From: an uncultured bacterium | GTDB taxonomy: Bacteria > Fidelibacterota > Marinisomatia > Marinisomatales > TCS55 | Assembly: GCA_964539305.1 (NCBI GenBank) | Contig: CAZIIM010000003.1 | Coordinates: 17,700 to 81,699 of the forward strand | Direction of reading: 5' to 3' | Length of the DNA: 64,000 bases | Part shown: in pieces, positions 19,337 to 28,939 of the stretch | Layout: the number at the start of each line of letters is the position of its first letter | Numbering within the stretch: position 1 is the stretch's first letter | Translations under genes and position numbers: made by a program | The notes under the pieces: model-generated | Database searches by the model: none | Told to the model about the DNA's origin: nothing | The model's input: the letters and a program-made list of their open reading frames with translations, nothing else

Positions 19337-20442
19337 GAATGCTCCAGCAGCTTTGCGATTGCATTCACCAGACGCCAGGAGGCTTTCCCATCTGCTTTGT
19401 ACAAATAGGTTTCCTGAGCTCGAAGGCGCTGAGATTGCATTTCCCCGGGGTGTTCTAGGGCATGATAGGTCAGGGACAAAACATCGGCTGGATTCTCCAA
19501 GCGGTAGGCAAAATCCACCGACTCCATCCGTTCCAGATCCAGTCTTTTGCTGAATCGTTTATAAAAAAGCCGGTGTTTCAGCCGGAGGGTAAAACATTCA
19601 GCCATGATAATGGGGCGGTCGAGCACCAGAAATTCATAGATTGTGGAAGAAATATCAGAAACCAGAACATCTGCCAGGTTGTAGTAGGGAATGATATTAA
19701 ACTCGTCCGGAGGAACCAAATATACATGCTTATAGGCCCGGGCCACCTGTTGCATTTTTTCACTCTGGTAGCGATAGCGCTGCTGGTGCCAGCTGAAACT
19801 GTGAAGTTTTATTACCAGGTTAAATTCATAGCTCAATTTTTCCAGATGCGGGATTAGCTTTTCCTGGGAGGAAGGATAAAAGGTAGGCGCAAACAGAACC
19901 GTTTTCCGTTGGGGGTCCAACCCCAGTTGGTTCAATAGATCTTCAGGAGACGTGGTTGATTGTATTAAAGGATCACACTTGGTAAAGCCAACTAGCACAA
20001 GGTTAGAATAGCCTGCCTGTTTTAATACCTCCATTCGTGACTGAGACTCCACCGCCCGTAAATCAATCCGGTCATCAATGTCACGGTAGTAGGTTTGTTT
20101 CATACCGATACCATGATAGACCATGACTGTAATAGTATTCTCGTGGGCGATCGAATGTAGTTTTCCGATATTGCCTACAACAATTACATCGAACTTCCTT
20201 CGATTCAGTTCCGCCAGCCGTTCCGCTTCATCCTCTCCGCTGACAGTGGCAATGCCCATTTCTGTACAAGCCTGCTGAAAAATGGTCTGCTCCCGCGGAT
20301 GAACAGATCGGGGAATGGAGGCGAAAATCTGGTAATCACCACGGCGACGCATTTCATCCATAATGGGAATAAAATTAGGCAGGTAGTACAAGTGGTGGCA
20401 TTCGAACAAAACCGAAATAGTTGCAGACTTTTTTAGCGTCAT
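19333..20442 (-). CDS. CDP-alcohol (TagB/TagF-type, Glyphos_transf) phosphotransferase-like protein
   Basis: VYHGIGMKQTY and VLVSDISSTIYEFLVLDRPII resemble conserved TagF-family blocks. The stop overlaps the GT9 start by 4 nt. Confidence 0.6.
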   Translation of the reverse strand: MTLKKSATISVLFECHHLYYLPNFIPIMDEMRRRGDYQIFASIPRSVHPREQTIFQQACTEMGIATVSGEDEAERLAELNRRKFDVIVVGNIGKLHSIAHENTITVMVYHGIGMKQTYYRDIDDRIDLRAVESQSRMEVLKQAGYSNLVLVGFTKCDPLIQSTTSPEDLLNQLGLDPQRKTVLFAPTFYPSSQEKLIPHLEKLSYEFNLVIKLHSFSWHQQRYRYQSEKMQQVARAYKHVYLVPPDEFNIIPYYNLADVLVSDISSTIYEFLVLDRPIIMAECFTLRLKHRLFYKRFSKRLDLERMESVDFAYRLENPADVLSLTYHALEHPGEMQSQRLRAQETYLYKADGKASWRLVNAIAKLLEHS

Positions 20443-20472
20443 GATTCCACCCGGGGTGAGGTTATCACGGCG

Positions 20473-21540
20473 TTACTTCTCCAACCCTTTCAGAAAGTCA
20501 TAAATCCGTTGTACCGATTTACCGTCGTTAAAATAGAAACAATTCTTCAGCATGGTATCATAAGGTTCAGGATCATGATCCAGCAATGCTTTGGCAACCC
20601 GGGAAGAAATAGCTGCCTTGCCGTCATAATGATTGGCAATGGTATTTACATCCAACTCTGGAGGCATAGTGTGGAGATCATCAAATTCATTGTCAATCAC
20701 CACAATCGGTTTCCGGACAATTAAATACTCATACAGGATGGAGGACGTGTCACTCAAGAGAAGGTCTGAAACGGCAAAGTCATACATGGTATCATTGGTA
20801 AGAATATTCGCCGGATTGGAAAAATAGAGGTGTTTAATTCCCTGGAACCGGGCCCAGGCTTTAAACCGTGGAATGTACTTCCGGTCAAAATAGTGAGGTC
20901 GAATAATCAAATTATAATCCCGTGTCAATTCACGGGCAAACTTTTTACCATATTTCAGTAAGGTGCCAGCTCCCCACTTCCAGGTGGGGGCATACAGGAC
21001 TGTTGGACGATCCGCGTCCTTAAACCCCAGATATTTCCGGTATTGTTCAACGTCGATATTCCCATTCACAATTTCATCAAACCGGCAGTTGCCGATTTTA
21101 ATTAACCGGTCTTCGGGAATAGAAACATTCAGGTCCTTCATTTTATGGAGGTGTTTCGGCCCGGAGATAAAATGGTAATCAAAGGTGGTTAAATCCGAAG
21201 CGTTACCTCCGTATTTTTTATCCCCCGTCCCGTGTCCCATAAAAATCGCAGTGCAAATACTTTTGTCGCGCCTGACAACCGTATTGCTGTTTGAGATTAG
21301 AATCCCGGGTAAATCAAAGGGTTCGTGATTCACGTCCTTAACCAGTATTTGGGGCGTCTGAGCGAAGAGGGGGCTGCTTGCCTGACGGCGTTGTTTCTTC
21401 CGGAGATACCATTGTAAACGCAGTTTCCGGTTCTGCTTCCGGACCACAAAACCGCCCCCCAGTTGACTATAGATCAAACGGGCAAACGAATATTCATATA
21501 CCTGGTTGGCGTAATAATAGATGGGCCTGTTCAGTTTCAT
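20473..21540 (-). CDS. TagF-type CDP-alcohol phosphotransferase-like protein (paralog A)
   Basis: FMGHGTGDKKYGG, LYAPTWKWG and LLLSDTSSILYEYLIVRKPIVVI. It is clearly paralogous to 21684..22724. Confidence 0.6.
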   Translation of the reverse strand: MKLNRPIYYYANQVYEYSFARLIYSQLGGGFVVRKQNRKLRLQWYLRKKQRRQASSPLFAQTPQILVKDVNHEPFDLPGILISNSNTVVRRDKSICTAIFMGHGTGDKKYGGNASDLTTFDYHFISGPKHLHKMKDLNVSIPEDRLIKIGNCRFDEIVNGNIDVEQYRKYLGFKDADRPTVLYAPTWKWGAGTLLKYGKKFARELTRDYNLIIRPHYFDRKYIPRFKAWARFQGIKHLYFSNPANILTNDTMYDFAVSDLLLSDTSSILYEYLIVRKPIVVIDNEFDDLHTMPPELDVNTIANHYDGKAAISSRVAKALLDHDPEPYDTMLKNCFYFNDGKSVQRIYDFLKGLEK

Positions 21541-21683
21541 GAAGCAATGGTTGGGAAATTGATATTGTTAATTTATTCCCATTCCTTCATAATTGGAAGC
21601 TATCTGCCGACCGACGTGAATAGAGAAACAGTTTTTCGGAAAAATCAATCTACCCTGACCAATGAAAAAATCGTTCTTTTAAG

Positions 21684-22724
21684 TCACGTGGTCTGAAATG
21701 TGGGCAGGGAGTGAATAAAATCAACAATACGGCCTGTACTCTTTCCATCATTAAAATAGTAACAATTATTCCGCAGCTGTTCATAATCAGCCCGGACATG
21801 CTGACTGATGGCATTTTGGACAACCGTTTCAATGGGAGGAGAAGTATTTTTTTCAAAACGGGTGGCGATCGAATGAATATTCAATTCCGGAGGCATGGGG
21901 TGCAGATCTTTAAACCCCGTTTCAACAATGACGACCGGATTCCCTGTAATCAGGTATTCATACGCCGTGGAAGAAGTATCACTGATCAGAAGATCCGAAA
22001 CGGCGAACGCCTCCATGGTATCATGCTGAAGAAAGGAAGCCGGGTTTGAGAAGTACACATTACGGATCTTATTTACCCATATCCAGGCCCTCATTTTAGG
22101 AATCAGGCGACGATCGTGAAAATGGGGTCGAATGATCAAATTATATTCGGGTGTCAATCTTTCACAGAACAGCTGATAATGAGAAAGCAGGGAACCGTTG
22201 CCCCACCTCCAGGTGGGAGCATATAAAATTGTTTTCCGGGTGGGATCTTTAATTCCAAGATATTGGGAGATAGCCTCCCGCTTTAATTCACCCTTCACGT
22301 ACGCATCAAACCGGGGATTACCCACCCTGACCAATTTTTCCTCCGGTATTTCCAGACCTTCATCCTTCAATTTCGCGATTTGCTTTTCGCCCGAAACGAA
22401 TAAAAAATCGTACGAAAGAAGATTTTCAACGGAACCGCCATAGCGTTTATCGCCGCTTCCGTGACCCAGGAAGAGGGTGGTACTCACCTGGGAATCATGG
22501 GGGATCTTGGTATTGCTCATGGAAATCAATACCCCTGCTAGCGGATCGGATTGGAAATCGTGAATGATTACCTGGCTTTCGGGCCAATGCCGGAAATACC
22601 ACTTAAAACGAAGGTAGTGTTTTGTATCCCTGGCAACAAAACGTCCGCCCAGTTCGGCATACACGGATTTACCGTGGGAATACTGGTACTCTTTATTGGC
22701 GAAATAATAAACCCCGTTCCCCAT
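21684..22724 (-). CDS. TagF-type CDP-alcohol phosphotransferase-like protein (paralog B)
   Basis: FLGHGSGDKRYGG, LYAPTWRWG, LLISDTSSTAYEYLITGNPVVIV and a YYFNDGKS tail shared with paralog A. Confidence 0.6.
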   Translation of the reverse strand: MGNGVYYFANKEYQYSHGKSVYAELGGRFVARDTKHYLRFKWYFRHWPESQVIIHDFQSDPLAGVLISMSNTKIPHDSQVSTTLFLGHGSGDKRYGGSVENLLSYDFLFVSGEKQIAKLKDEGLEIPEEKLVRVGNPRFDAYVKGELKREAISQYLGIKDPTRKTILYAPTWRWGNGSLLSHYQLFCERLTPEYNLIIRPHFHDRRLIPKMRAWIWVNKIRNVYFSNPASFLQHDTMEAFAVSDLLISDTSSTAYEYLITGNPVVIVETGFKDLHPMPPELNIHSIATRFEKNTSPPIETVVQNAISQHVRADYEQLRNNCYYFNDGKSTGRIVDFIHSLPTFQTT

Positions 22725-22778
22725 CTCAGTCTGTTCCCGAATCGACTATTCTTACTAAGGAAATGTCATGTCTGCGGA

Positions 22779-23492
22779 TTATCCGCGCTGTGTTAAGTGG
22801 TTCCAGGCAGCGGGTGTGTCCAAATCGAGCCAGAACGACTCGCCAATATCAATCCCCCCCATCTTACCGTTTTGAATCAAAAGATTACAGGCATCCGACA
22901 GGCTGCACCGGCCTAATTGCCGGGCGGACTCCAGGGCAGTGAAAAAATCAGGATGGCATTTGAAGACGCCACAGTCCACCGCATCAAATTGGTCTAGGTC
23001 CTTGGACATGGCGGTGATCTTCGTTCTGTTTTCAGGATCCACGGTCACTTTCATCGCATCCTCCAGGTCGAAGATTTGATCAATCTTAAAGTCCAGTGCC
23101 ACTTGGGATTGGTCTTCCCCCAAGTCCGATTGCACAACTTTTTCCAGAAAAGCGGCTTCATAGTAGTGATCACTCATGGAAAGGATGAAAGGGTCGTCCA
23201 GGGGGATAAACGCTTCCGCTGCCAGGACGCTGACGCCGTTCGCCAGATCCCAGCGGGGATTGTACACCGTTTCAATTGCAGACGTTTTGATGCTCTCCTC
23301 CAGGTATTTTTCCAGTTCATCGTGATGATAACCGGTGACCACCACAATATCATGAATCCCCACACTGACCGCATTCTCCACAAGATGACGGATCAGGGGT
23401 TTCCCCTTCACCGGCAGTAATGTTTTCGGCTTCCCTGAAGAGACGGATCGGGCACGGGATCCCTCCCCAGCGGCAATAATCACCAGCTTCAT
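22779..23492 (-). CDS. Sugar/polyol-phosphate nucleotidyltransferase; putative CTP:inositol-1-phosphate cytidylyltransferase by context
   Basis: N-terminal IIAAGEGSRARS...GKPKTLLPVKGKPLI (the GxGxR NTP-transferase signature) and a C-terminal WLDLDTP. The gene starts 6 bp after the MIPS stop. Confidence 0.55.
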   Translation of the reverse strand: MKLVIIAAGEGSRARSVSSGKPKTLLPVKGKPLIRHLVENAVSVGIHDIVVVTGYHHDELEKYLEESIKTSAIETVYNPRWDLANGVSVLAAEAFIPLDDPFILSMSDHYYEAAFLEKVVQSDLGEDQSQVALDFKIDQIFDLEDAMKVTVDPENRTKITAMSKDLDQFDAVDCGVFKCHPDFFTALESARQLGRCSLSDACNLLIQNGKMGGIDIGESFWLDLDTPAAWNHLTQRG

Positions 23493-23498
23493 TTGCAG

Positions 23499-24803
23499 TT
23501 ATTCGTCGTAATAATCCAGACCCAAATGGGTGATCAGCTCTTCTCCCATGATATGACGAAGGGTGTTTTTCAGTTTTGCCAGCTGAACGAACAAATCATT
23601 TTCAGGATACAATTCGGGCAGTGTCATGGGACTTTTAAAATAAAAGGATAGCCATTCCTGAATCCCTTTCATTTCCGCCCGTTTGGCTAAGTCCATAAAG
23701 AGTACCAGATCCAGGGCAATGGGGGCGGCCAGAATGCTGTCCCGACACAGGAAATCCACTTTAATCTGCATGGGATATCCCAGCCAGCCGAAAATGTCAA
23801 TATTGTCCCAGCCTTCTTTATTATCCCCCCGCGGTGGATAGTAATTGATTCTGACCTTGTGGTAAAAATCCTTATATAAATCAGGGTTCAAATCCGGTTG
23901 TAATATGTAATCCAGGACGCCCAATTTGCTCTCTTCCTTGGTTCGGAATGCCGCAGGGTCATCCAAGACCTCCCCATCCCTGTTGCCGAGAATGTTGGTG
24001 GAGAACCACCCCCGGATGCCGATCTGGCGGGCTTTCAGCCCCGGTGCCAGAATGGTTTTGATCAGGGTTTGACCCGTCTTGTAGTCTTTCCCGGCAATCG
24101 GTGTAGCTGTTTTCTGTGCCAGTTCCATCAGAGCGGGAATATCCACAGTCAAACTAGGCGAACCATTCACATAAGGAATCCCCCTTTTCAGGGCGGCATA
24201 GGCATAAATCATACTGGGGGAAATTCCGGGATCATTATTCTCGAGACCCACCTCGAATTTTTCCAGCGTCGAATGAACCTCCTGAGGCGTAATAAAAACT
24301 TCCGTACTCCCACACCAGATCATCACGTTGGCACGGGTTTGATTTTCCGTCGTAAAAGTATCGATATCAGCCCCGACCTGTTCTGCCAGTTCCATTTTAT
24401 TTTTTCCGGATTTCACAAAAGATCCCTCCAGCCGGCGGACGTACTGCTCATCAAAGACAGCTGGCAAGACTTCCAATCCCTGTAAAAAATCCTTTAACTC
24501 CTCGATCTGGGTTTTCTCCAATACCCCCGTCCGGAGGCAGATGTCATAGAGGGTTTCCTGATTAATATCCCACCCCATGAATACCAGATCTTCCAGACCG
24601 GCCAGGGGGACAAAATCCTTTACAAGAGGAACCCGGTTTTCGGTCCGTTTCCCCAGGCGAATCGTTCCCATCTGGGTCATGGATCCAATCGGTTTGGCCA
24701 GGTTGCGCTTAATGGCTTCCACCCCGGCGATGAAAGTACTGGCGACTGCTCCCATCCCGGGAATCAGTACACCCAGTTTACCTTTGGGTGTTTCATATTT
24801 CAT
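23499..24803 (-). CDS. myo-Inositol-1-phosphate synthase (inositol-3-phosphate synthase)
   Basis: 434 aa. Rossmann start GVLIPGMGAVASTFIAG, a SMTQMGTIRLG block and NILGNRDG, all characteristic of bacterial/archaeal MIPS. Confidence 0.8.
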   Translation of the reverse strand: MKYETPKGKLGVLIPGMGAVASTFIAGVEAIKRNLAKPIGSMTQMGTIRLGKRTENRVPLVKDFVPLAGLEDLVFMGWDINQETLYDICLRTGVLEKTQIEELKDFLQGLEVLPAVFDEQYVRRLEGSFVKSGKNKMELAEQVGADIDTFTTENQTRANVMIWCGSTEVFITPQEVHSTLEKFEVGLENNDPGISPSMIYAYAALKRGIPYVNGSPSLTVDIPALMELAQKTATPIAGKDYKTGQTLIKTILAPGLKARQIGIRGWFSTNILGNRDGEVLDDPAAFRTKEESKLGVLDYILQPDLNPDLYKDFYHKVRINYYPPRGDNKEGWDNIDIFGWLGYPMQIKVDFLCRDSILAAPIALDLVLFMDLAKRAEMKGIQEWLSFYFKSPMTLPELYPENDLFVQLAKLKNTLRHIMGEELITHLGLDYYDE

Positions 24804-24835
24804 TATTCAATGCTCCTAACTGGTATGATCAAGTT

Positions 24836-25909
24836 TTAATCATCCTGATCAATTTCGTGATTAAGTTGTTTAAATGCTTCAATAACGGTTTCAGGGGAAA
24901 TGGATTCCAGTGATAATCCGGTGGCCGCCAGGAGTCTTGCTCTGACCCCATAGGGTGCATAGCGCTGCTGGTTTCGTTGATCGCCCGAATACAACCCGAT
25001 TACCGGTGTCTTCACGGCTGCCGCTACATGAATCAGGGAGGTATCCGGTGAAATGAATAATCGGCACTGTCGCAGCAGGGCCCCAGCGGCTAAAAGATCA
25101 GGTGAAACCAATGGATACTCTATCTTACCCTGAAATTGTTCTTTTATCAGACTTGCTGTTTTCGCTTCACGATCCATGGCAAACACGGCTATCCTTATAT
25201 CACGCTGATATTTCAGGATCGTTTCCACCAGCGTGGTCCAATGTCCTGCCGGCCAATTCCGATAATGCCCCCCTGCTGAAAGGTTAATGGCTACAACTGA
25301 ATGAACCGAATCCTCTTTACACAAAGGGGGACCAGAGACCGGAGGGAAATAATTTGGCACCGGGAATTTAACCCCGTAGGGACGGAGCAATTCAGCATTC
25401 TTTTCAATAATATGGGCCCCTTCCCGGTTGACAAGCGCATGGTTGTAATACCGATCGGCACGGGGTTGTGAAAGGCAGACTTTCACCTCAGCATTCACCA
25501 ATGTTGCTAAACGGTAAGCAGTAATGGAAGGATGATCTTTTGGATTGTAAAAGAGATCATAATGCTGTTTGTCCAGGGATTCTTTTAACGACTTCTGATT
25601 GGTTCGGTAGGTCCAGGTATTTCGAATAAAAGGTAAGGATTTAAACAGGTATTGGTTATGCCGCGAGCATAAAATATCAATCTTGGTATCGGGGAAATGC
25701 TGGTGAAACCCGTGCAGGAAGGGCATTAACAAAACAGCATCTCCCAATTTTTCCTGGGCCTGGACCAGGAGGGTACCTGGATTGGGAGGCAGGTCTCTCA
25801 CCGGCAGTGGGACTCGCCAGGGCTGGTATAACCGCACCAGGAGTTTGCGGGGATAATGGCGGGGATTCTCCCGCAGGGAACGGGCCTGGTTAACGGAGGG
25901 ACTGGGCAT
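24836..25909 (-). CDS. Glycosyltransferase family 9 (heptosyltransferase-like)
   Basis: EKLGDAVLLMPFLHGF N-terminal motif and PDTSLIHVAAA C-terminal motif. Confidence 0.65.
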   Translation of the reverse strand: MPSPSVNQARSLRENPRHYPRKLLVRLYQPWRVPLPVRDLPPNPGTLLVQAQEKLGDAVLLMPFLHGFHQHFPDTKIDILCSRHNQYLFKSLPFIRNTWTYRTNQKSLKESLDKQHYDLFYNPKDHPSITAYRLATLVNAEVKVCLSQPRADRYYNHALVNREGAHIIEKNAELLRPYGVKFPVPNYFPPVSGPPLCKEDSVHSVVAINLSAGGHYRNWPAGHWTTLVETILKYQRDIRIAVFAMDREAKTASLIKEQFQGKIEYPLVSPDLLAAGALLRQCRLFISPDTSLIHVAAAVKTPVIGLYSGDQRNQQRYAPYGVRARLLAATGLSLESISPETVIEAFKQLNHEIDQDD

Positions 25910-27002
25910 ACTTTTCGAAAAAATAGTTTTCTAATTCATCCAGCATTTTTTCCACCGGGAAGCGGGTGCGGATGTGTTCCCGGGCGGCAGATCCCCAGGC
26001 TTGAATTTCCGGTTCCCTCTGGTGTTCCAGGGCATAGACCATGGCATTCCGGATCGCCTCAATATTAAAAGGTTCAAAAATAAATCCCGTTTTTCCATGA
26101 TCCATCAATTCCGGAACACCGTTCACCCGGGCTGCCAGGACCGGTTTACCCAGAGCCATACCCTCCATAACGACGTTGGGCATTCCCTCCTGCCGGGAGG
26201 TAATAATGATAAAATCAGCCGCTTTCAATATGGGTAATAAATTGCTCTGAAACCCGATGAACTTGACCTGGCCGTTAAGGCGTCTTTTTTGGGTCAGGCG
26301 CATCAATTGCTCCCGCTGTTTCCCCCGGCCGGCAATTAGTACCGTAAAAGGACGCGGCGGTTTCTTCATTCCTGCCACCGCCTCCACCAGCAAATCAAAC
26401 CCTTTTTGACCCGTGAGCCGACCGGCAGCCAAGAAAACGGTGTGATCCTCCGGGATATTCCACAGCGTCCGGATGTCAACCGACGGCAGACCATTGGGGA
26501 CGGAAATACCGTTGTAAATCACTTTGGTTTTATCTTTCGGCATCCAGGAGTAAGCATTATAGGCTGCCCGAATGGTCTCCGAATTGGTAATAATTCCATC
26601 CACCAGCCCCATTGTCTTTTTATGTTTCCACTTATCCGAAATGAGCTGGATGCCGTTCCGTGCCAGGATTACGGGAACCTTTGCCCAGCGGGCGGCCAAT
26701 CCTGCCACACGGATATCCTTATTCAGGTTCAAAACGATTACGTCCACCTGTTCCCGCTTCAAAATGCGTTTGGTGTACCAGATCTTGAAAGGACTGTAAT
26801 CCGCATAAATATTCAGGGGAATTACCTCCAAACCTGCTTCCCGGGCCCGCTGGAGCAGAACCGATTTGGCTTTCCCTGAAAGGATCACCCGGTGGCCGCG
26901 CTTCTTCAGGCCGGTGGCAGCTGTGATCATCCATTTTTCACCGCCTCCCCACTTCGGGGCGGAAATTGAATTACTGAAAAAAATCGTCAGTCTATTCTTC
27001 AT
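25890..27002 (-). CDS. Glycosyltransferase family 4 (GT-B fold)
   Basis: E-x7-E region SRQEGMPNVVMEGMALGKPVLAARVNGVPELM, with a GGGEKW N-terminal block. Confidence 0.8.
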   Translation of the reverse strand: MKNRLTIFFSNSISAPKWGGGEKWMITAATGLKKRGHRVILSGKAKSVLLQRAREAGLEVIPLNIYADYSPFKIWYTKRILKREQVDVIVLNLNKDIRVAGLAARWAKVPVILARNGIQLISDKWKHKKTMGLVDGIITNSETIRAAYNAYSWMPKDKTKVIYNGISVPNGLPSVDIRTLWNIPEDHTVFLAAGRLTGQKGFDLLVEAVAGMKKPPRPFTVLIAGRGKQREQLMRLTQKRRLNGQVKFIGFQSNLLPILKAADFIIITSRQEGMPNVVMEGMALGKPVLAARVNGVPELMDHGKTGFIFEPFNIEAIRNAMVYALEHQREPEIQAWGSAAREHIRTRFPVEKMLDELENYFFEKYAQSLR

Positions 27003-27016
27003 TCCAAATGAACAGA

Positions 27017-28870
27017 TTATGAGCCGGGAGAACCGGCGAACTGAATATCGTACAATCTCCGGTAAAGTCCCGCTTTCTGGTACAATTCATCGTGGGTCCC
27101 CATTTCAATAATCCGGCCCCGATCCAGAACGATAATCCGGGAGGCATTCTGAACCGTAGAGAGTCGGTGGGCGATAATCAGTGAGGTTCGGTCCCGCATC
27201 AGAATTTCAATTGCTTGCTGCACCATTTTTTCCGATTCCGTATCCAGAGCAGAGGTAGCTTCATCCAGAATCAAAATAGGCGGATTTTTCAGAATTGCCC
27301 TGGAAATGGCCAGGCGTTGTTTCTGGCCTCCGGAAAGCTTGACTCCCCGCTCCCCAATGATGGTATCGAAACCCTGAGGCATTTGTTCAATGAATTCCAG
27401 AGCATGGGCCGCCCGAGCCGCACTCCGAATTTGCTCATCATCCACTTCCTTCACCCCGTAGGCAATATTATTCCGGACCGTATCGTTGAACAAAATCACT
27501 TCCTGAGTTACAATTCCCATTTGACTCCGGAGCGATTTTAGTCGCACGGAACGGATATCATGACCATCAATCAAAATGGCACCGGAGGTTACGTCGAAAA
27601 AACGCGGAATCAGATCGGCAATGGTGGATTTTCCCGCGCCGGAAGGACCCACCAGGGCCACAGCCTCCCCTTTCTGAATGGTGAAATTAATATCCTGGAG
27701 GACCCGTTCATCCCCATCAGAATATTCGAAATAAACGTTTTTAAACTCGATTGAATGATTAAAACGTTCCAACTCAATAGCATCCGGCAGATCAACAATT
27801 TCGGGGGGGGTGTCCAGTAACTGGAAAACCCGCTCCGCTGAGGCCAGCCCCATTTGGATCCGCACATTAACATTACTGAGCATTTTAATGGGCCCTAACG
27901 TGGAGAACAGAATAAGAATGAAACGAATGAAATCCTCGGCTGAAATCCCCTTTTGCGAGAGAACCTCCATGCCACCGAACCATAATAAAACCACCCCGAT
28001 AATGACACCGAAACTTTCGGTAATCGGTCCCGCCAGCAAATCCAGGCGTGCCCGACGGTACAGTAGTTTAAAATAGTTACGACTTTCACGGGTAAACTTC
28101 TGGATTTCCTCCTGTTCCATTACGAAAGCCTTCACGATCCGAATCGAAGAAAGGGTTTCCGTCAGAATATCCATGATCTGGGCGATTTTACGTTGAGTCC
28201 GGTGAGATTTTCGTCGAATACTACGGCCGATATTGATGATTACCACCCCTGCAACCGGTATGATAATAACGGCAATCAGAGCCAGTTTCCAGCTGATGAT
28301 AAACAGGAGAATAACGAACATGAGGATATTGATGGGCTCCACGAACAGTTTTTGAAAGCTCACGGACAGGGTGCCCTGCATTTGTTGCACATCGTTAATG
28401 ATGATGGAGCTGATTTCACCGGTGCGCTTCTGGCTGAAATATCCCAGAGACAAGGTGTTGATATGCTGGTATAGCTTATCCCGTATTTCCGTGACCAGTT
28501 TTAGCTGCACATAGCGAAGGAGAATATTCTTCAGATATAAAAACAGATTTTTGGCAAAAAAGACCAGGAGAAGCGTAACACACAATATTTTCAACGACTC
28601 CAGGGGAGTATCACGCAGAATGAGCAGATTGGTCCAGTATTTCAGTTTGCCGTTCAGCGACAAGTTCGGCTCAGACATCCACTGGGTTTGCTGGGCAACA
28701 ATTTTATTGAAATCAGTGAGAATATTATTAATGAGGGAGGCGGTTAACCAAATAGAGGTACTGTTCAGGATGACATAGACGAAGGCAGACAAGGTGGAGG
28801 CCAGCAGGAAAAGCCAGTATTTAGAGAGAAGGCGGCCTAGTCGTTTATAAATGGAAGGGGGCATATTCAA
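27017..28870 (-). CDS. msbA: ABC transporter, fused permease/ATPase, MsbA-like lipid A/LPS-core flippase
   Basis: A six-TM N-terminal domain, then Walker A GPSGAGKST, signature LSGGQKQR and Walker B ILILDEATSALD. Confidence 0.75.
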   Translation of the reverse strand: MNMPPSIYKRLGRLLSKYWLFLLASTLSAFVYVILNSTSIWLTASLINNILTDFNKIVAQQTQWMSEPNLSLNGKLKYWTNLLILRDTPLESLKILCVTLLLVFFAKNLFLYLKNILLRYVQLKLVTEIRDKLYQHINTLSLGYFSQKRTGEISSIIINDVQQMQGTLSVSFQKLFVEPINILMFVILLFIISWKLALIAVIIIPVAGVVIINIGRSIRRKSHRTQRKIAQIMDILTETLSSIRIVKAFVMEQEEIQKFTRESRNYFKLLYRRARLDLLAGPITESFGVIIGVVLLWFGGMEVLSQKGISAEDFIRFILILFSTLGPIKMLSNVNVRIQMGLASAERVFQLLDTPPEIVDLPDAIELERFNHSIEFKNVYFEYSDGDERVLQDINFTIQKGEAVALVGPSGAGKSTIADLIPRFFDVTSGAILIDGHDIRSVRLKSLRSQMGIVTQEVILFNDTVRNNIAYGVKEVDDEQIRSAARAAHALEFIEQMPQGFDTIIGERGVKLSGGQKQRLAISRAILKNPPILILDEATSALDTESEKMVQQAIEILMRDRTSLIIAHRLSTVQNASRIIVLDRGRIIEMGTHDELYQKAGLYRRLYDIQFAGSPGS

Positions 28871-28939
28871 ATTCCGGTTGAACCGAGTTTACGTCTTTTC
28901 TGAGTGAATGTCATTCAAATTTAAAATGGAATCTAAGGG

